Shown here in pieces: positions 9,311-20,471 of a stretch of 64,000 nucleotides of DNA; the stretch's first letter is position 1, and the number at the start of each line of letters is the position of its first letter. The translations under genes and the position numbers were made by a program. This DNA is from Kofleriaceae bacterium (GTDB taxonomy: Bacteria; Myxococcota_A; Polyangia; Haliangiales; Haliangiaceae). The notes under the pieces are model-generated. The model had not been told where the DNA came from and did not search any database. It saw nothing but the letters and a program-made list of their open reading frames with translations. The stretch covers positions 1 to 64,000 of the forward strand of contig JBKJLC010000196.1 in assembly GCA_046597055.1 (NCBI GenBank), written 5' to 3'.

Positions 9311-9382
9311 CGCGGCGGGATAGGAGGACAGCCACACCCCGCGGCTGCCGGCCTGCACGCCCGCGGCTGTCTGCCCGCCGCG
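9311..9382. terminator. GC-rich long hairpin between convergent genes (possible bidirectional terminator or REP-like)
   Basis: CGCGGCGGG (9311-9319) / CCCGCCGCG (9374-9382) and GACAGCC (9327-9333) / GGCTGTC (9365-9371); no U-tract. Confidence 0.45.
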
Positions 9383-9412
9383 CGGCGGACGCGGCGATCG
9401 CGCCGTCGGGCG

Positions 9413-11002
<1,590 letters not shown>

Positions 11003-11111
11003 AAGGAGTGCCTCTGGGGGGCGGGGTTCGGTTTGGTATACACCAGCGACGTGTCGGCCGGCACCGTTCGCGCAGGGACAGCCGGTCGCAGCTCGGCGTG
11101 CAACTATGCGA

Positions 11112-11135
11112 AAACGCCACCGGGATCCCGGTGGC
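11112..11135 (-). terminator. Intrinsic terminator downstream of the SMI1/KNR4 gene
   Basis: Perfect 20-bp palindrome GCCACCGGGATCCCGGTGGC (11116-11135) followed by GTTTT on the minus strand, 7 nt after the stop codon. Confidence 0.7.
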
Positions 11136-11142
11136 CACAGAC

Positions 11143-11664
11143 TCAGGCGCTGGAGCCGTTGTCGGGACTGAGGCTGTCCTCGACGAACTCGAGGACTTCC
11201 CGCAGCATGGCACCGAAGTCGTCGTAGAAGACCTGATCGACGTGGTTGTCGCGGGCGTCGAACAGGACCACCGGCAGCTCGCCGCTCTCCTGCGGGCGGG
11301 CTGCGTCGAGACAGAACCACTCGGCGGCCTGGGCGCCCAGGCCGACCACCAGCAGGTTGGGGCCGATCCGGTTCTCGGCGCGCGCGGCCAGGGTCTGCTC
11401 CACCACGTTGCACGGCTCGGTGGTCTTGCTCGCGTCCTTGGGGATGCCGATGAAGTCGTGAACGACGGCAATGTCACTCGGGAGCGCGAGTGTGCCGAAG
11501 CGGAGCACGAACTCGCGATACGACGGCGGGAACGGGTAGCCGAGCTTCTCCTCGGCCGCGGCGACCACCTCCTCGGAGACGGGCCCGGCGATCACGCAAC
11601 GCTGGTCGACCTCGTGGAGGCGGCGACGCACGCGCTCGATCAGGTCGTTGGTCTGGGACTGCAC
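11143..11664 (-). CDS. SMI1/KNR4 (SUKH) family protein
   Basis: GPVSEEVVAAAEEKLGYPFPPSYREFVLRFG...WFCLD...PVVLFD...DFGAML; start uncertain (GTG 11664 or 11679). Confidence 0.88.
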   Translation of the reverse strand: MQSQTNDLIERVRRRLHEVDQRCVIAGPVSEEVVAAAEEKLGYPFPPSYREFVLRFGTLALPSDIAVVHDFIGIPKDASKTTEPCNVVEQTLAARAENRIGPNLLVVGLGAQAAEWFCLDAARPQESGELPVVLFDARDNHVDQVFYDDFGAMLREVLEFVEDSLSPDNGSSA

Positions 11665-11709
11665 GCCGCGATTATGCACGGGGACCCGGTCCCTGGCACG
11701 CGCGTGATC

Positions 11710-13014
11710 TCACCGATCGGTCGGGGCGCCGTCGGCGAGCGTAGGTTCGAGCGTGCGCTGCCGCGCGCTCCAGATCGCTTGACAGAAGCGGTGAACCCCG
11801 TGCACGGCCACGACGCTGCGCAGGCTCGGGAACAGCTCGAACGCGTGCTGCGCGCCGGGCAGCTCGATCCACCCGACCGGCGCGGCGCTCACCGCGGCCA
11901 GCGCGTCGCGGAACCGCCGGGCCTGCGCGATCGGCGCCAGGCTGTCGCGATCGCCGTGGACCAGCAGGAACGGCGGCGCGTCGGCCCGGACCTGGCACAC
12001 CGGTGACGCCCGCTGGTAGGCCGCGCGGTTGGTGGAGATCCGCTGCTTCATCACGATGCGGGCGAGCAGGAGATCATGGAACGCGCGGTGCTGGAACGCG
12101 CGGTCGTCGTCGACGAAGTCGTAGACGCCGTAGTACGAGACGCACCCCTGCACGCGCAGGTCGACGTCGGTGAAGCCGGGCTGGTACTCGGGGCAGCCGG
12201 CGGTGAGCGCGGCCAGGCTGGCCAGGTGGCCGCCGGCCGAGCCGCCCCCGATCACGACGAAGTCGGGGTCGCCGCCGTAGGTCGCGATGTTGACCTTGAC
12301 CCAGGCCAGCGCTCGCTTCACGTCGATCAGGTGATCGGGAAAGGTCGCGCGCGGCGACAGCCGGTAGTTCACCGATACGCACACCCAGCCGCCGGCAGCG
12401 AGGTCGTGGACGGTGAGCCGGCCCTGCTGGCCCTTGTTGCCGATCACCCACCCGCCGCCGTGGATGTAGACGAACACCGGCCGCGCGGTGGTCAGGTGGT
12501 CGGGCTCGGGCGATCGGTACACGTCGAGCTGCAGGCGCAGCTTGCCCTCGCGGTGGTACTCGACGTGGCGCACGCGCTTGACCGTGTGGGGCTGGAACGG
12601 GAACACCGTCGCCAGCCGCCGCCAGCTGATCGACGGATCGTAGGTGGCCTTGAGCGCGGGATCGATGCGGTCGTGGTAGTCGCGGCCGAGCGCGCCCTGC
12701 AGGCCGCGCTCGACGGCCTGGGTGGTGCGGGCGGCCAGGATCAGATGATGGCGAAGCCCGACCAGCGACACCGCGAGCCCGCCGAGCCCGACCCAGCCCG
12801 GCCAGGCCTCGAGCCCGCCGGTGGCGGCGAACCACACGCCGAGCCCGAGCTGGAGCGCGATGTGATGAAGGGGCAGCTCCCCGACCACCCACCCGATGAA
12901 CCAGCCTCCCAGGGCGATGACCCCGGGCCGCATCGGCGGACGGAGCGAGACCAGGGTCGCGGCCGCGCAGGCGAGGCCGAAGACGCAGAGGGTCCAGGGC
13001 ACGGTGCCGATCAT
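11710..13014 (-). CDS. Membrane-anchored alpha/beta hydrolase (HSL family esterase/lipase)
   Basis: N-terminal TM helices; HGGGW, GGSAGG, HGDRDS, GAQHAF. Confidence 0.9.
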   Translation of the reverse strand: MIGTVPWTLCVFGLACAAATLVSLRPPMRPGVIALGGWFIGWVVGELPLHHIALQLGLGVWFAATGGLEAWPGWVGLGGLAVSLVGLRHHLILAARTTQAVERGLQGALGRDYHDRIDPALKATYDPSISWRRLATVFPFQPHTVKRVRHVEYHREGKLRLQLDVYRSPEPDHLTTARPVFVYIHGGGWVIGNKGQQGRLTVHDLAAGGWVCVSVNYRLSPRATFPDHLIDVKRALAWVKVNIATYGGDPDFVVIGGGSAGGHLASLAALTAGCPEYQPGFTDVDLRVQGCVSYYGVYDFVDDDRAFQHRAFHDLLLARIVMKQRISTNRAAYQRASPVCQVRADAPPFLLVHGDRDSLAPIAQARRFRDALAAVSAAPVGWIELPGAQHAFELFPSLRSVVAVHGVHRFCQAIWSARQRTLEPTLADGAPTDR

Positions 13015-13074
13015 GCGGCGGAGCCGGGCTCAGGACAACCGGCGAATGGCCCTCTCGCGGTTATGATGCGCGCC

Positions 13075-13359
13075 ATGGCCAAGAACCCCTGCCCCGTCAC
13101 GCGTGATCAGTTCGCCGACAAAGCCACGCCGCTCAAGGTCGTCATCAATGGCCAGGAGCTGCAGGCCGAGGTGAAGGAGTTCTCGACCGGATCGTTCGGC
13201 TGGTACCTCAACGGCAAGATCCTCGTCCCGATCGATGGCAAGACCGTCTCGGTGCAGATCGGCATGAACCTCACGATCGTCGGCAGCAAGGACGCGCCGC
13301 CCAAGGCCGCGGGCAAGGACGCAGCGGCGGCACCCGCCGACGCCGCCTCCGACGACTAA
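13075..13359 (+). CDS. Small conserved-looking hypothetical protein (94 aa)
   Basis: ATG 13075; strong host codon bias; beta-rich KEFSTGSFGWYLNGK...VQIGMNLTIVGSK. Confidence 0.75.
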   Translation: MAKNPCPVTRDQFADKATPLKVVINGQELQAEVKEFSTGSFGWYLNGKILVPIDGKTVSVQIGMNLTIVGSKDAPPKAAGKDAAAAPADAASDD

Positions 13360-13363
13360 AGGC

Positions 13364-14254
13364 TCAGCGGGTCGGGCGCGGCAGCTGGGCCGGAAAGCCG
13401 GCCGCGTCGGTCGCCGCCAGCTCCATGTCGGCGTCGCCGATCTGGAAGGCGCGCTGGACCAGGGCGAGGAACGGGATGAAGCGCCACCGGACCAGGTTGG
13501 TCGGCTGCTCGGCGCACATCGTGTAGACGACCATCCAGTAGCGATCGACCGGGTCGGGCAGGCTCGCCGCCATCTGCGCGAGCTCGGCTTCGACGCCGAT
13601 GCCGGCGCGGGTCTTCTTGAAGGACTGGTAGAGCAGGCCCTCGATCTCGTGGTCGCGCAGGGCCATGTCGGGGATGGCCACCAGGAAGTCGCGCAGCTCG
13701 AAGCGGTGGTCGTCGGCGATCTTGCCGAGGGTCAGCGCGCGCAGCGTGAACACCTCGACCACCACCGGGACCAGGCCGCGCAGGCGCAGCAGCCGATCGT
13801 CGAGGTAGCGCAGGCCGCGACGCTCGCGCGCGGCGGCGAACATCTCCTGGGCCTCGTAGGGTGCGATGCGCAGGGCCAGCCGCAAGTTCTCGAGGTACGC
13901 GAGCTCGCTGGCGGCCACGTCGGCGTCGGCAACGACGATCTCGCACGCCATGGTCATCGCGGTGATGCGGTGCAGCCGGGCCGGCAGGCCCTTGGCCAGC
14001 GCCGGGACCCGCGCGATCGAGCCGCCGGCGAAATTGATCGCGTCGTTCGCGAGCTCCAGCAGGAGCTTCTGGTTGGCGGCGGAGAGCCCGGAGAACATCT
14101 CGTGCTCGTCGAGATGGCGGTTCATGACCAGCTGCTCGCGCTCGTCGAGCTTCCCGTCGGCCGACATGGCGCCGATCATGGCCTCGACGAGGAAACGGCG
14201 GGGATCATTGGGCCGCAGGGCCCCCGCGATGACGTCGCGGGCACGCTTGTCCAT
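13364..14254 (-). CDS. TerB-like (tellurite resistance) two-domain protein
   Basis: AMSADGKLDEREQ and IVVADADVAASELAYLENLRLAL motifs; second helical domain follows; ATG 14254. Confidence 0.75.
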   Translation of the reverse strand: MDKRARDVIAGALRPNDPRRFLVEAMIGAMSADGKLDEREQLVMNRHLDEHEMFSGLSAANQKLLLELANDAINFAGGSIARVPALAKGLPARLHRITAMTMACEIVVADADVAASELAYLENLRLALRIAPYEAQEMFAAARERRGLRYLDDRLLRLRGLVPVVVEVFTLRALTLGKIADDHRFELRDFLVAIPDMALRDHEIEGLLYQSFKKTRAGIGVEAELAQMAASLPDPVDRYWMVVYTMCAEQPTNLVRWRFIPFLALVQRAFQIGDADMELAATDAAGFPAQLPRPTR

Positions 14255-14270
14255 CAGGGGGACACTAACA

Positions 14271-15236
14271 TCACTTGGGCGCGAGAGCGTCGATGACACC
14301 GACCGTGAGAGCCGCGACCGCGGCCGATGTGACGGCCCACCTCACCGCCCGCCATGACAGTTCCACCGTTTGCCAGGTCCCGGCCCGCGGGCGACCCAGC
14401 AAGGTCCCGAGGATCGCGGCCGCCGCGACCGCGATCAGCGCGAGCGGGGCGAGCGACCGCGCCGGTCGGGCACGCTCGAGCCGCCGGCGCTCGACGTTCA
14501 CCCCGCGGTGGTCGGGGGCCCGGCCGCGCGCGGCCTCGCTCCGCGCCCAGCGCTCCAGGTCGCGCTCGATCGTTCGTTCGCGCTCGGTCGTCATGATCGC
14601 CGCGTAGGTCGGGCTGGGCCGGACCCGGAGCTCGATCGCGGCGAGGCCGGCGTGCGCGCCCCCGGCCGCGCCGAGGGCGACCGCCAGCCCGACGACCTGT
14701 GCGGTGCCGGCGAGCGGCAACCAGCCGCGGACCACCCGGGCCAGGCGGCGGGCGCCGAGGAAGGCGAGCACGGCGAGCGCGAGCGTGATCGCGAGGCACG
14801 GCCCGAGCCGGTCGTCGCCGAGGGCGCGGTGCAGGAGGGTGCCGTCGCCGAAGCCATCGAGAGTGCCGGTGACCAGGTAGAGCCCGCCGTGCAGCGCGAG
14901 CCCGAGCGCGGCGCCGGCGAGCCCGACCGCGAGCGGGCCCTGGCAGCGGCGGGCCGCGAGCGCGAGCGCGCCGGCGAGGAGCAGCTCGACCGCGATCCCG
15001 CCCAGCTGCACGGTCAGCGCGCCGGTCCCGGTCCAGGGTCCGTCGCGCTGGTAGCCGATCCAGCCGCCGGCGAACCAGTACAGGCGCCAGGTGTCGACCT
15101 CGGCGCCGAACCCGGTCGCGAGCGCGCCATGTCCGAGCAGCTCGTGCGCGATCAGGCCGACGCGGCTCGTGACCAGCGCCACACCGAACGCGTACAGCGC
15201 GAGCCGCGCGATCGCCACCCACGGGGACGCCGCCAT
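14271..15236 (-). CDS. Multi-pass membrane protein with HExxxH motif (site-2/M50-like metalloprotease fold possible)
   Basis: AHELLGH, QLGG, GFGDG motifs and about 7-8 hydrophobic segments. Confidence 0.6.
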   Translation of the reverse strand: MAASPWVAIARLALYAFGVALVTSRVGLIAHELLGHGALATGFGAEVDTWRLYWFAGGWIGYQRDGPWTGTGALTVQLGGIAVELLLAGALALAARRCQGPLAVGLAGAALGLALHGGLYLVTGTLDGFGDGTLLHRALGDDRLGPCLAITLALAVLAFLGARRLARVVRGWLPLAGTAQVVGLAVALGAAGGAHAGLAAIELRVRPSPTYAAIMTTERERTIERDLERWARSEAARGRAPDHRGVNVERRRLERARPARSLAPLALIAVAAAAILGTLLGRPRAGTWQTVELSWRAVRWAVTSAAVAALTVGVIDALAPK

Positions 15237-15264
15237 CCCGGCGAGGATCGCATATCATCCGCGC

Positions 15265-16536
15265 GTGCTGCGCTCCTTGACCATCCTCGTCGCGGCCGCG
15301 CTGCTGCTCGCCGTGGCGCCGAGCCGGGCCCACGCCGGCAAGGCGCGCGCGGTCCGCATCGAGAGCGACCCGAGCGGCGCGCAGGTCTACCTCGGCGACA
15401 AGGAGCAGGGCGGCCGTGGCCAGACGCCGCTCGACCTCGAGCTGGAGCCCGGCGAGTACGTCGTGATCATCGAGCTCGACGGTCACATCCCCGCGTTCCA
15501 GACCCTGATCGTCGACGATCTGCGCGGCAAGAAGCCGACCGGCCCGGTCCGGCTCGACGTGGTCCTGGTCTCTGGCGTGTCGGTGCTCGAGATCCGCGGC
15601 GCGGCGCCGCCCGACGCGCGGGTGCTGGTCGACGGCAAGGACCGCGGGACCCTGCCGGTGAAGGTCGAGCTCGAGCCCGGTGCCCACCAGGTGCGGATCC
15701 TGATGGCCGGCCGCGAGCCCTACGAGCAGTGGATCGAGCTCGAAGGCGGACAGGCGCACCAGGTGACGGTCGCGCTCGCCGACCTGCCGGCGCCCGAGCG
15801 GCCGGTGGTGAAGGGCGCGCGCGGGCCGCGGCCGCCGCTGGCGATCGTCCGCCTCGGTCCCCGGGTGATCTGGCGCAGCTTCTCGTACCAGGGCGCGCCC
15901 GACGACGACAACACGCCGCCGTACCGCAGCAGCGGCCAGGTCATGTTCCGCGCCGAGGCCGAGCTCGCGCCGTGGCGCACCACCGCGAAGGCGTCGCGCC
16001 TGTGGCCGCTGGCGCTGGTGATCGGCGCCGGCATCACGCCGACCGCGACCGCGGCCCGGCCCGAGGAAGCGGCGAACTACAACCAGCGCGAGCTCGAGGC
16101 GGGCCTGCGCTACCGGCTCGGGCTGATGCCGCGGCTGGCGCTCGCGTTCGACGTCGGCTGGGCGGCGCTGCTCTACAACTTCCGCGGCGAGCTCGCCTAC
16201 GCGCTGCCCGACGTCGACTACAACCTGGTCCGGCTCGGCGTGCGCGCCGAGGGCCGGGCCGGGCCCGCGACCGGCTGGTTCGGCATCGAGAACCGCCTGG
16301 TCGCGGGGGGCGGCGATCTCGGCGGTCGCTTCAAGGCGGCGAGCGCCGACGGCTTTGCCGTGCGGCTCGGCGGGTCGGCCCGGCTGTGGCGCGACCGCGT
16401 CGAGGTCGGCGCCGAGTACAGCCTGGTCCGGTTCGGCTGGAGCTTCGAGCCCGAGGACAACAGCCCGATGTACGTGGCCGATGGCGCCACCGACACGTTC
16501 CACAATCTCGGGCTCTGGGTCGGCGGCGCGTACTGA
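15265..16536 (+). CDS. PEGA domain protein with C-terminal outer-membrane beta-barrel
   Basis: GTG start, signal peptide (AHA); IESDPSGAQVYL...GQTPL...PGEY and a second PEGA (ARVLVDG...PGAHQV); amphipathic strands ending LGLWVGGAY. Confidence 0.8.
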   Translation: MLRSLTILVAAALLLAVAPSRAHAGKARAVRIESDPSGAQVYLGDKEQGGRGQTPLDLELEPGEYVVIIELDGHIPAFQTLIVDDLRGKKPTGPVRLDVVLVSGVSVLEIRGAAPPDARVLVDGKDRGTLPVKVELEPGAHQVRILMAGREPYEQWIELEGGQAHQVTVALADLPAPERPVVKGARGPRPPLAIVRLGPRVIWRSFSYQGAPDDDNTPPYRSSGQVMFRAEAELAPWRTTAKASRLWPLALVIGAGITPTATAARPEEAANYNQRELEAGLRYRLGLMPRLALAFDVGWAALLYNFRGELAYALPDVDYNLVRLGVRAEGRAGPATGWFGIENRLVAGGGDLGGRFKAASADGFAVRLGGSARLWRDRVEVGAEYSLVRFGWSFEPEDNSPMYVADGATDTFHNLGLWVGGAY

Positions 16537-16571
16537 GCCGGGGCGGGCGCGGCCCCCCGAGTGTTCTGGAC

Positions 16572-16607
16572 AAGAACATGTTCTAGTTGCGACTGAAACA
16601 TGTTTCA
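16572..16607. promoter_or_regulatory. Two tandem palindromic operator sites upstream of the GMC oxidoreductase
   Basis: AGAACATGTTCT (16573-16584) and TGAAACATGTTTCA (16594-16607); both perfect palindromes, centres 22 bp apart, in an AT-rich island. Confidence 0.8.
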
Positions 16608-16615
16608 CTCGCGGC

Positions 16616-18220
16616 GTGAACGAAGCTGACTACATCGTCGTCGGCGCGGGCAGCGCCGGGTGCATCGTCGCCAGTCGCCTGGCCAAGGGGGAGGCCAAGG
16701 TCCTCCTGCTGGAGGCGGGCGGGGCCGACCAGTCGCGGTTCCTGCGCATCCCCGGGATGATCTCGATCGTCCACACGGTTCCCCAGATCAAGAAGAAGTT
16801 CGACTGGGGCTACTACACGGTGCCGCAGAAGCACGCGCTCGGCCGCCGGATCCCGACCGTGCGCGGCAAGGTGCTGGGCGGCTCCAGCTCGATCAACGGG
16901 CTCCTGTTCGTGCGCGGCCACCGCAGCAACTACGACAGCTGGGCCGCCGAGGGCTGCGCCGGCTGGAGCTTCGCGGACGTGCTGCCGGCCTTCAAGCGGC
17001 TCGAGGACTGGGAGGGTGGCGCCAGCGACCTGCGCGGGGCCGGCGGGCCGATCGCGGTCACTCGCCAGCAGGGGCTGACCCCGGCGTCGCACGCGTTCCT
17101 CGAGGCGCTGAGCGAGTCGATCGGCGTGCCGATCAACCAGGACTACAACGGCGCGTCGCAGGAGGGCGCGACCATCTTCCAGCAGAGCGCGCGCGGCGGC
17201 GTGCGGTTCAGCTCGTCGAAGGGCTACCTCGGCGCGGGCCAGGGCAACCTCACGGTCGAGACCGGCGTGACGGTCGCGCGGGTCGTGATGGAGGGCACCC
17301 GCGCGGTGGGCGTCGAGATCATCGACGGCAAGGGCGCGCGCCGCGTCGTGCGCGCGACCCAGGAGATCGTGCTCGCGGCCGGCGTGTTCGGCTCGCCCCA
17401 GATCCTGATGCTGTCGGGGGTCGGCCCGGCGGCGCACCTGCGGACGCTCGGCATCCCGGTGGTCGCCGATCTCCCGGTCGGCCAGAACCTCCACGATCAC
17501 CTGTTCATGCCGATGACGTTCCTGGCGCCGACCGCGGTGCACCGGGGTACGCCGCTGCACTTCCTGGGCGGCATGATCGCCGAGGCGACCCGGGGCGGGA
17601 CCTGGTTCGGTCGCACCGTGTTCGAGGGCGCCGGCTTCGTGCGGTCGAAGCACGCCAACGGCTGCCCCGACCTGCAGATCCACACGCTGCCGTGGTCGTA
17701 CCCGACGCCCAACCAGGACCAGCCGATCCGGCCGGTGGTCGACACCCGTCCGGCGATCACGGTCATGCCGACGCTCATCTATCCGAAGAGCCGCGGCGAG
17801 GTGCGGCTGGCCTCGACCGACCCGAACGCGCCGCCGCTGATCGATCCCAACTACCTGGCCGAGTCGGCCGACGCCCGCTTCTTGCTCGACGGGATGAAGA
17901 TGGTGCGCGAGGTGATGGCCAGCAAGCGGTTGGCCGGCGTGGTCACCGGCGAGCTCCTGCCCGGGCCCGACTTCGCCGACGACGCCGCGCTCGCCCGCGA
18001 GCTCCCCAACCGCATCCACACCGTCTATCACCCGGTCGGCACCTGCCGGATGGGCGTCGACGAACGCGCGGTGGTCGACCCGCTGCTGCGGGTCCGCGGC
18101 ATCCTCGGGCTGCGGGTCGCCGACGCGTCGATCATGCCGAGCATCACCGGCGGCAACACCAACGCACCCGCGCTCATGATCGGCGAGCGCTGCGCCGAGC
18201 TGATGGGCGCGGACCGCTGA
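16616..18220 (+). CDS. GMC family FAD oxidoreductase (choline dehydrogenase-like)
   Basis: GTG start; [51 protein letters not shown]. Confidence 0.93.
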   Translation: MNEADYIVVGAGSAGCIVASRLAKGEAKVLLLEAGGADQSRFLRIPGMISIVHTVPQIKKKFDWGYYTVPQKHALGRRIPTVRGKVLGGSSSINGLLFVRGHRSNYDSWAAEGCAGWSFADVLPAFKRLEDWEGGASDLRGAGGPIAVTRQQGLTPASHAFLEALSESIGVPINQDYNGASQEGATIFQQSARGGVRFSSSKGYLGAGQGNLTVETGVTVARVVMEGTRAVGVEIIDGKGARRVVRATQEIVLAAGVFGSPQILMLSGVGPAAHLRTLGIPVVADLPVGQNLHDHLFMPMTFLAPTAVHRGTPLHFLGGMIAEATRGGTWFGRTVFEGAGFVRSKHANGCPDLQIHTLPWSYPTPNQDQPIRPVVDTRPAITVMPTLIYPKSRGEVRLASTDPNAPPLIDPNYLAESADARFLLDGMKMVREVMASKRLAGVVTGELLPGPDFADDAALARELPNRIHTVYHPVGTCRMGVDERAVVDPLLRVRGILGLRVADASIMPSITGGNTNAPALMIGERCAELMGADR

Positions 18221-18232
18221 CCGCGCGGGCGG

Positions 18233-20305
18233 CTACCAGACGGTGCAGGTCGCGGCCGGCGCCATCGCCTGGCCGCGCTTGCAGCCGAACGCCTGGGCGA
18301 ACTGCGGCAGGTTGCTGAGCGTGCCGTTGACGCGCCAGCGCGGCGGCGCGTGCACGTCGGCGGTCAGCCGCCGCAGCGCCTCTTCGGGCCGGTCCTTCGA
18401 GCACCAGGCCTGGCCGACCGCGACGAAGAACTGCTGATCTTCGGACAGGCCGTCGGCGATCACCGGCGCGGCGCCGGTGCGGAGCTTGCGATAGGCGAGG
18501 AACGCGTGCTTGACCCCGCCGAAGTCGGCGATGTTCTCGCCGAGCGTCAGCTCGCCGTTGACGTTCTTGCCGGGCAGGGTCTCGAACGTCGCGTACTGCT
18601 TGGCCACGCACTGACCCTTGGCCTGAAACTGGGCGAGGTCGGCGGGCTGCCACCAGTTGGCCAGGTTGCCCTTGGCGTCGAACTGCGCGCCCTGATCGTC
18701 GAAGCCGTGGGTGAGCTCGTGGCCGACCACCATGCCGATGCCGCCGAGGTTGGCCGCGACCGACCGGTTGGCCCCGAAGAACGGCGGCTGCAGGATGCCG
18801 GCGGGGAGCCCGCTGTTGTTGGCGCTCGGGTTGTAGTACGCGTTGACCAGATAGGCGGGCATGCCCCACTCGGACCGGTCGTAGGGCTGGCCGGCCTTGA
18901 GGAAGTTGCGGTGGGCGTCGAACGCCGCCGCGCGCAGGCCGTTGCCGGCGAAGTCGGCGCGCTCGACCGGGTAGTCGTAGGTCTTCCAGACGTCGGGGTA
19001 GCCGATCAGGGCCTCGATCTTGGCCAGCTTGCCGCGGGCCTGGACCTTGGTCGCCTCGCTCATCCAGTCGAGCGTGCCCATCTGGTCGTTCATGACGCTG
19101 GCGATCGCGGCGAACAGCTTGGTCGCCTCGGCCTTCGACGCGCCCGGGAAGTGGGCGGCGACGTAGGGCTGGCCCAGGTACTCGGGCATCGCGAGCGTGG
19201 TCGCGTCGACGCAGCGGCGCCAGCGATCCTTCTGCTGCTCGACGCCGCTCACGACCTGGGCGAGCTTGAAGACCTCGGCGTCGATCGCCTTGGGCAGCGC
19301 GAGGTCGGTGGCATGGATGACCCGCGCGGTGAGGTACGCCCGCCAGATCTCGGGCTTCACCGAGGACATCACGCCGGGCAGGGCCTGGAAGTAGGCCGGG
19401 GTGGTCAGCGCGAGCTTGCCGGGCGTGGCGTTGCCGAGCGCCGCGAAGTACGGACCCCAGGCGATGCCCGGGGCGGTCTTGCCGAGGCCGGCGACGTCGG
19501 TCGGGTTGTACATCTTCGGTATGTCGCGGCGCTCGACGCCGGTCTTGGTCTTGCTGGCGAGCTGGGTCTCGAGCGCCATCACGCCCTTGGCCAGCGCGGC
19601 GGCGGCCTTGCCCTTGCCGAGCAGGCCGAACAGGCGGGTCAGGTGCTCGACGTAGGCGGTGCGGGCCGGGGCGAACTGCTCGAGCACGTAGAAGTCGCGG
19701 TCGGGCAGGCCGAGGCCGCCGCTGTCGAGATAGAGGATGTTGGTCGTCGAGTCGGCCAGGTCGGGCTCGATCCCGAGCGCCCAGGCCGCGGTGATGCGGT
19801 GCCGGTGCAGCTCGCCGAGCGCGGTCTGCAGCGACTTGCGGTCCTTGACCCTGTCGACGATCGCGAGCAGCGGCTTGATGCCGGCCAGCCCGCGCGCCTC
19901 GATGCCGGCCTCGTCGACGCACGAGCCGTAGAAGTCGCCGAGCTTCTGGTTGACGGGGTTGTCGCCGGGCGCGGCCGCGAGCCCCTCGAGGATCGCCTTG
20001 AGCGCGAGCTCGTTGCGGACGGTGATCTCGGTGAACCGCGCCCAGCGCGCGCGGTCGGCCGGGATCTCGTTGGCGGCCAGCCAGCCACCGCAGGCGTACT
20101 GGTAGAAGTCGACGCACGGGTCGGCGGTGCGATCGAGCGAGGCCGACTCCAGACCCACCTCGGCGAGCGAGACCTTGGTCGCGCCGGGTGGGTCGGGATT
20201 GGCGGGGTCAGGCCCGCCGGTGGCGGGCTTCTTGCCGGGTGAGCCGCAGGCCACGGCGGTCACCGTGGCCAGGGCAACGAACGAGCGAGACAGACGAGCG
20301 ATCAT
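18233..20305 (-). CDS. M13 family metallopeptidase (neprilysin/PepO-like), lipoprotein
   Basis: DPCVDFYQYACGGW, VNAYY, GHELTHGFD, GENIADFGG; lipobox AVAC. Confidence 0.95.
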   Translation of the reverse strand: MIARLSRSFVALATVTAVACGSPGKKPATGGPDPANPDPPGATKVSLAEVGLESASLDRTADPCVDFYQYACGGWLAANEIPADRARWARFTEITVRNELALKAILEGLAAAPGDNPVNQKLGDFYGSCVDEAGIEARGLAGIKPLLAIVDRVKDRKSLQTALGELHRHRITAAWALGIEPDLADSTTNILYLDSGGLGLPDRDFYVLEQFAPARTAYVEHLTRLFGLLGKGKAAAALAKGVMALETQLASKTKTGVERRDIPKMYNPTDVAGLGKTAPGIAWGPYFAALGNATPGKLALTTPAYFQALPGVMSSVKPEIWRAYLTARVIHATDLALPKAIDAEVFKLAQVVSGVEQQKDRWRRCVDATTLAMPEYLGQPYVAAHFPGASKAEATKLFAAIASVMNDQMGTLDWMSEATKVQARGKLAKIEALIGYPDVWKTYDYPVERADFAGNGLRAAAFDAHRNFLKAGQPYDRSEWGMPAYLVNAYYNPSANNSGLPAGILQPPFFGANRSVAANLGGIGMVVGHELTHGFDDQGAQFDAKGNLANWWQPADLAQFQAKGQCVAKQYATFETLPGKNVNGELTLGENIADFGGVKHAFLAYRKLRTGAAPVIADGLSEDQQFFVAVGQAWCSKDRPEEALRRLTADVHAPPRWRVNGTLSNLPQFAQAFGCKRGQAMAPAATCTVW

Positions 20306-20471
20306 GGCGGCTCCCATCGGGGCGGACGCTATCACGGGCTCGCGACCGCGATTCCCGAGGAAGACCGCGACCGCGCGGCGTCGCAGGGTGTCGCGGGGCG
20401 ATCGAGCGCGCGGGCGTGGCACCGGGTGCGGAAGTGGCGACCACGCGAGGTCGGTGGTATCCGAGATCGAG

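Noticed and set aside
6272..9358. 1028-aa minus-strand ORF and other very long antisense or alternate-frame ORFs (e.g. 38568-42251, 60514-63915, 24391-27087, 2016-4196)
   Set aside because: They mirror well-supported genes on the opposite strand, have no motifs, and are the expected stop-poor shadow frames of high-GC DNA
11710..13014. Alpha/beta hydrolases (here and 42785-43789) as the missing MenH
   Set aside because: Both carry HSL-family HGG and GxSAG motifs rather than the MenH-type GYSxGG, and neither is linked to the men operon
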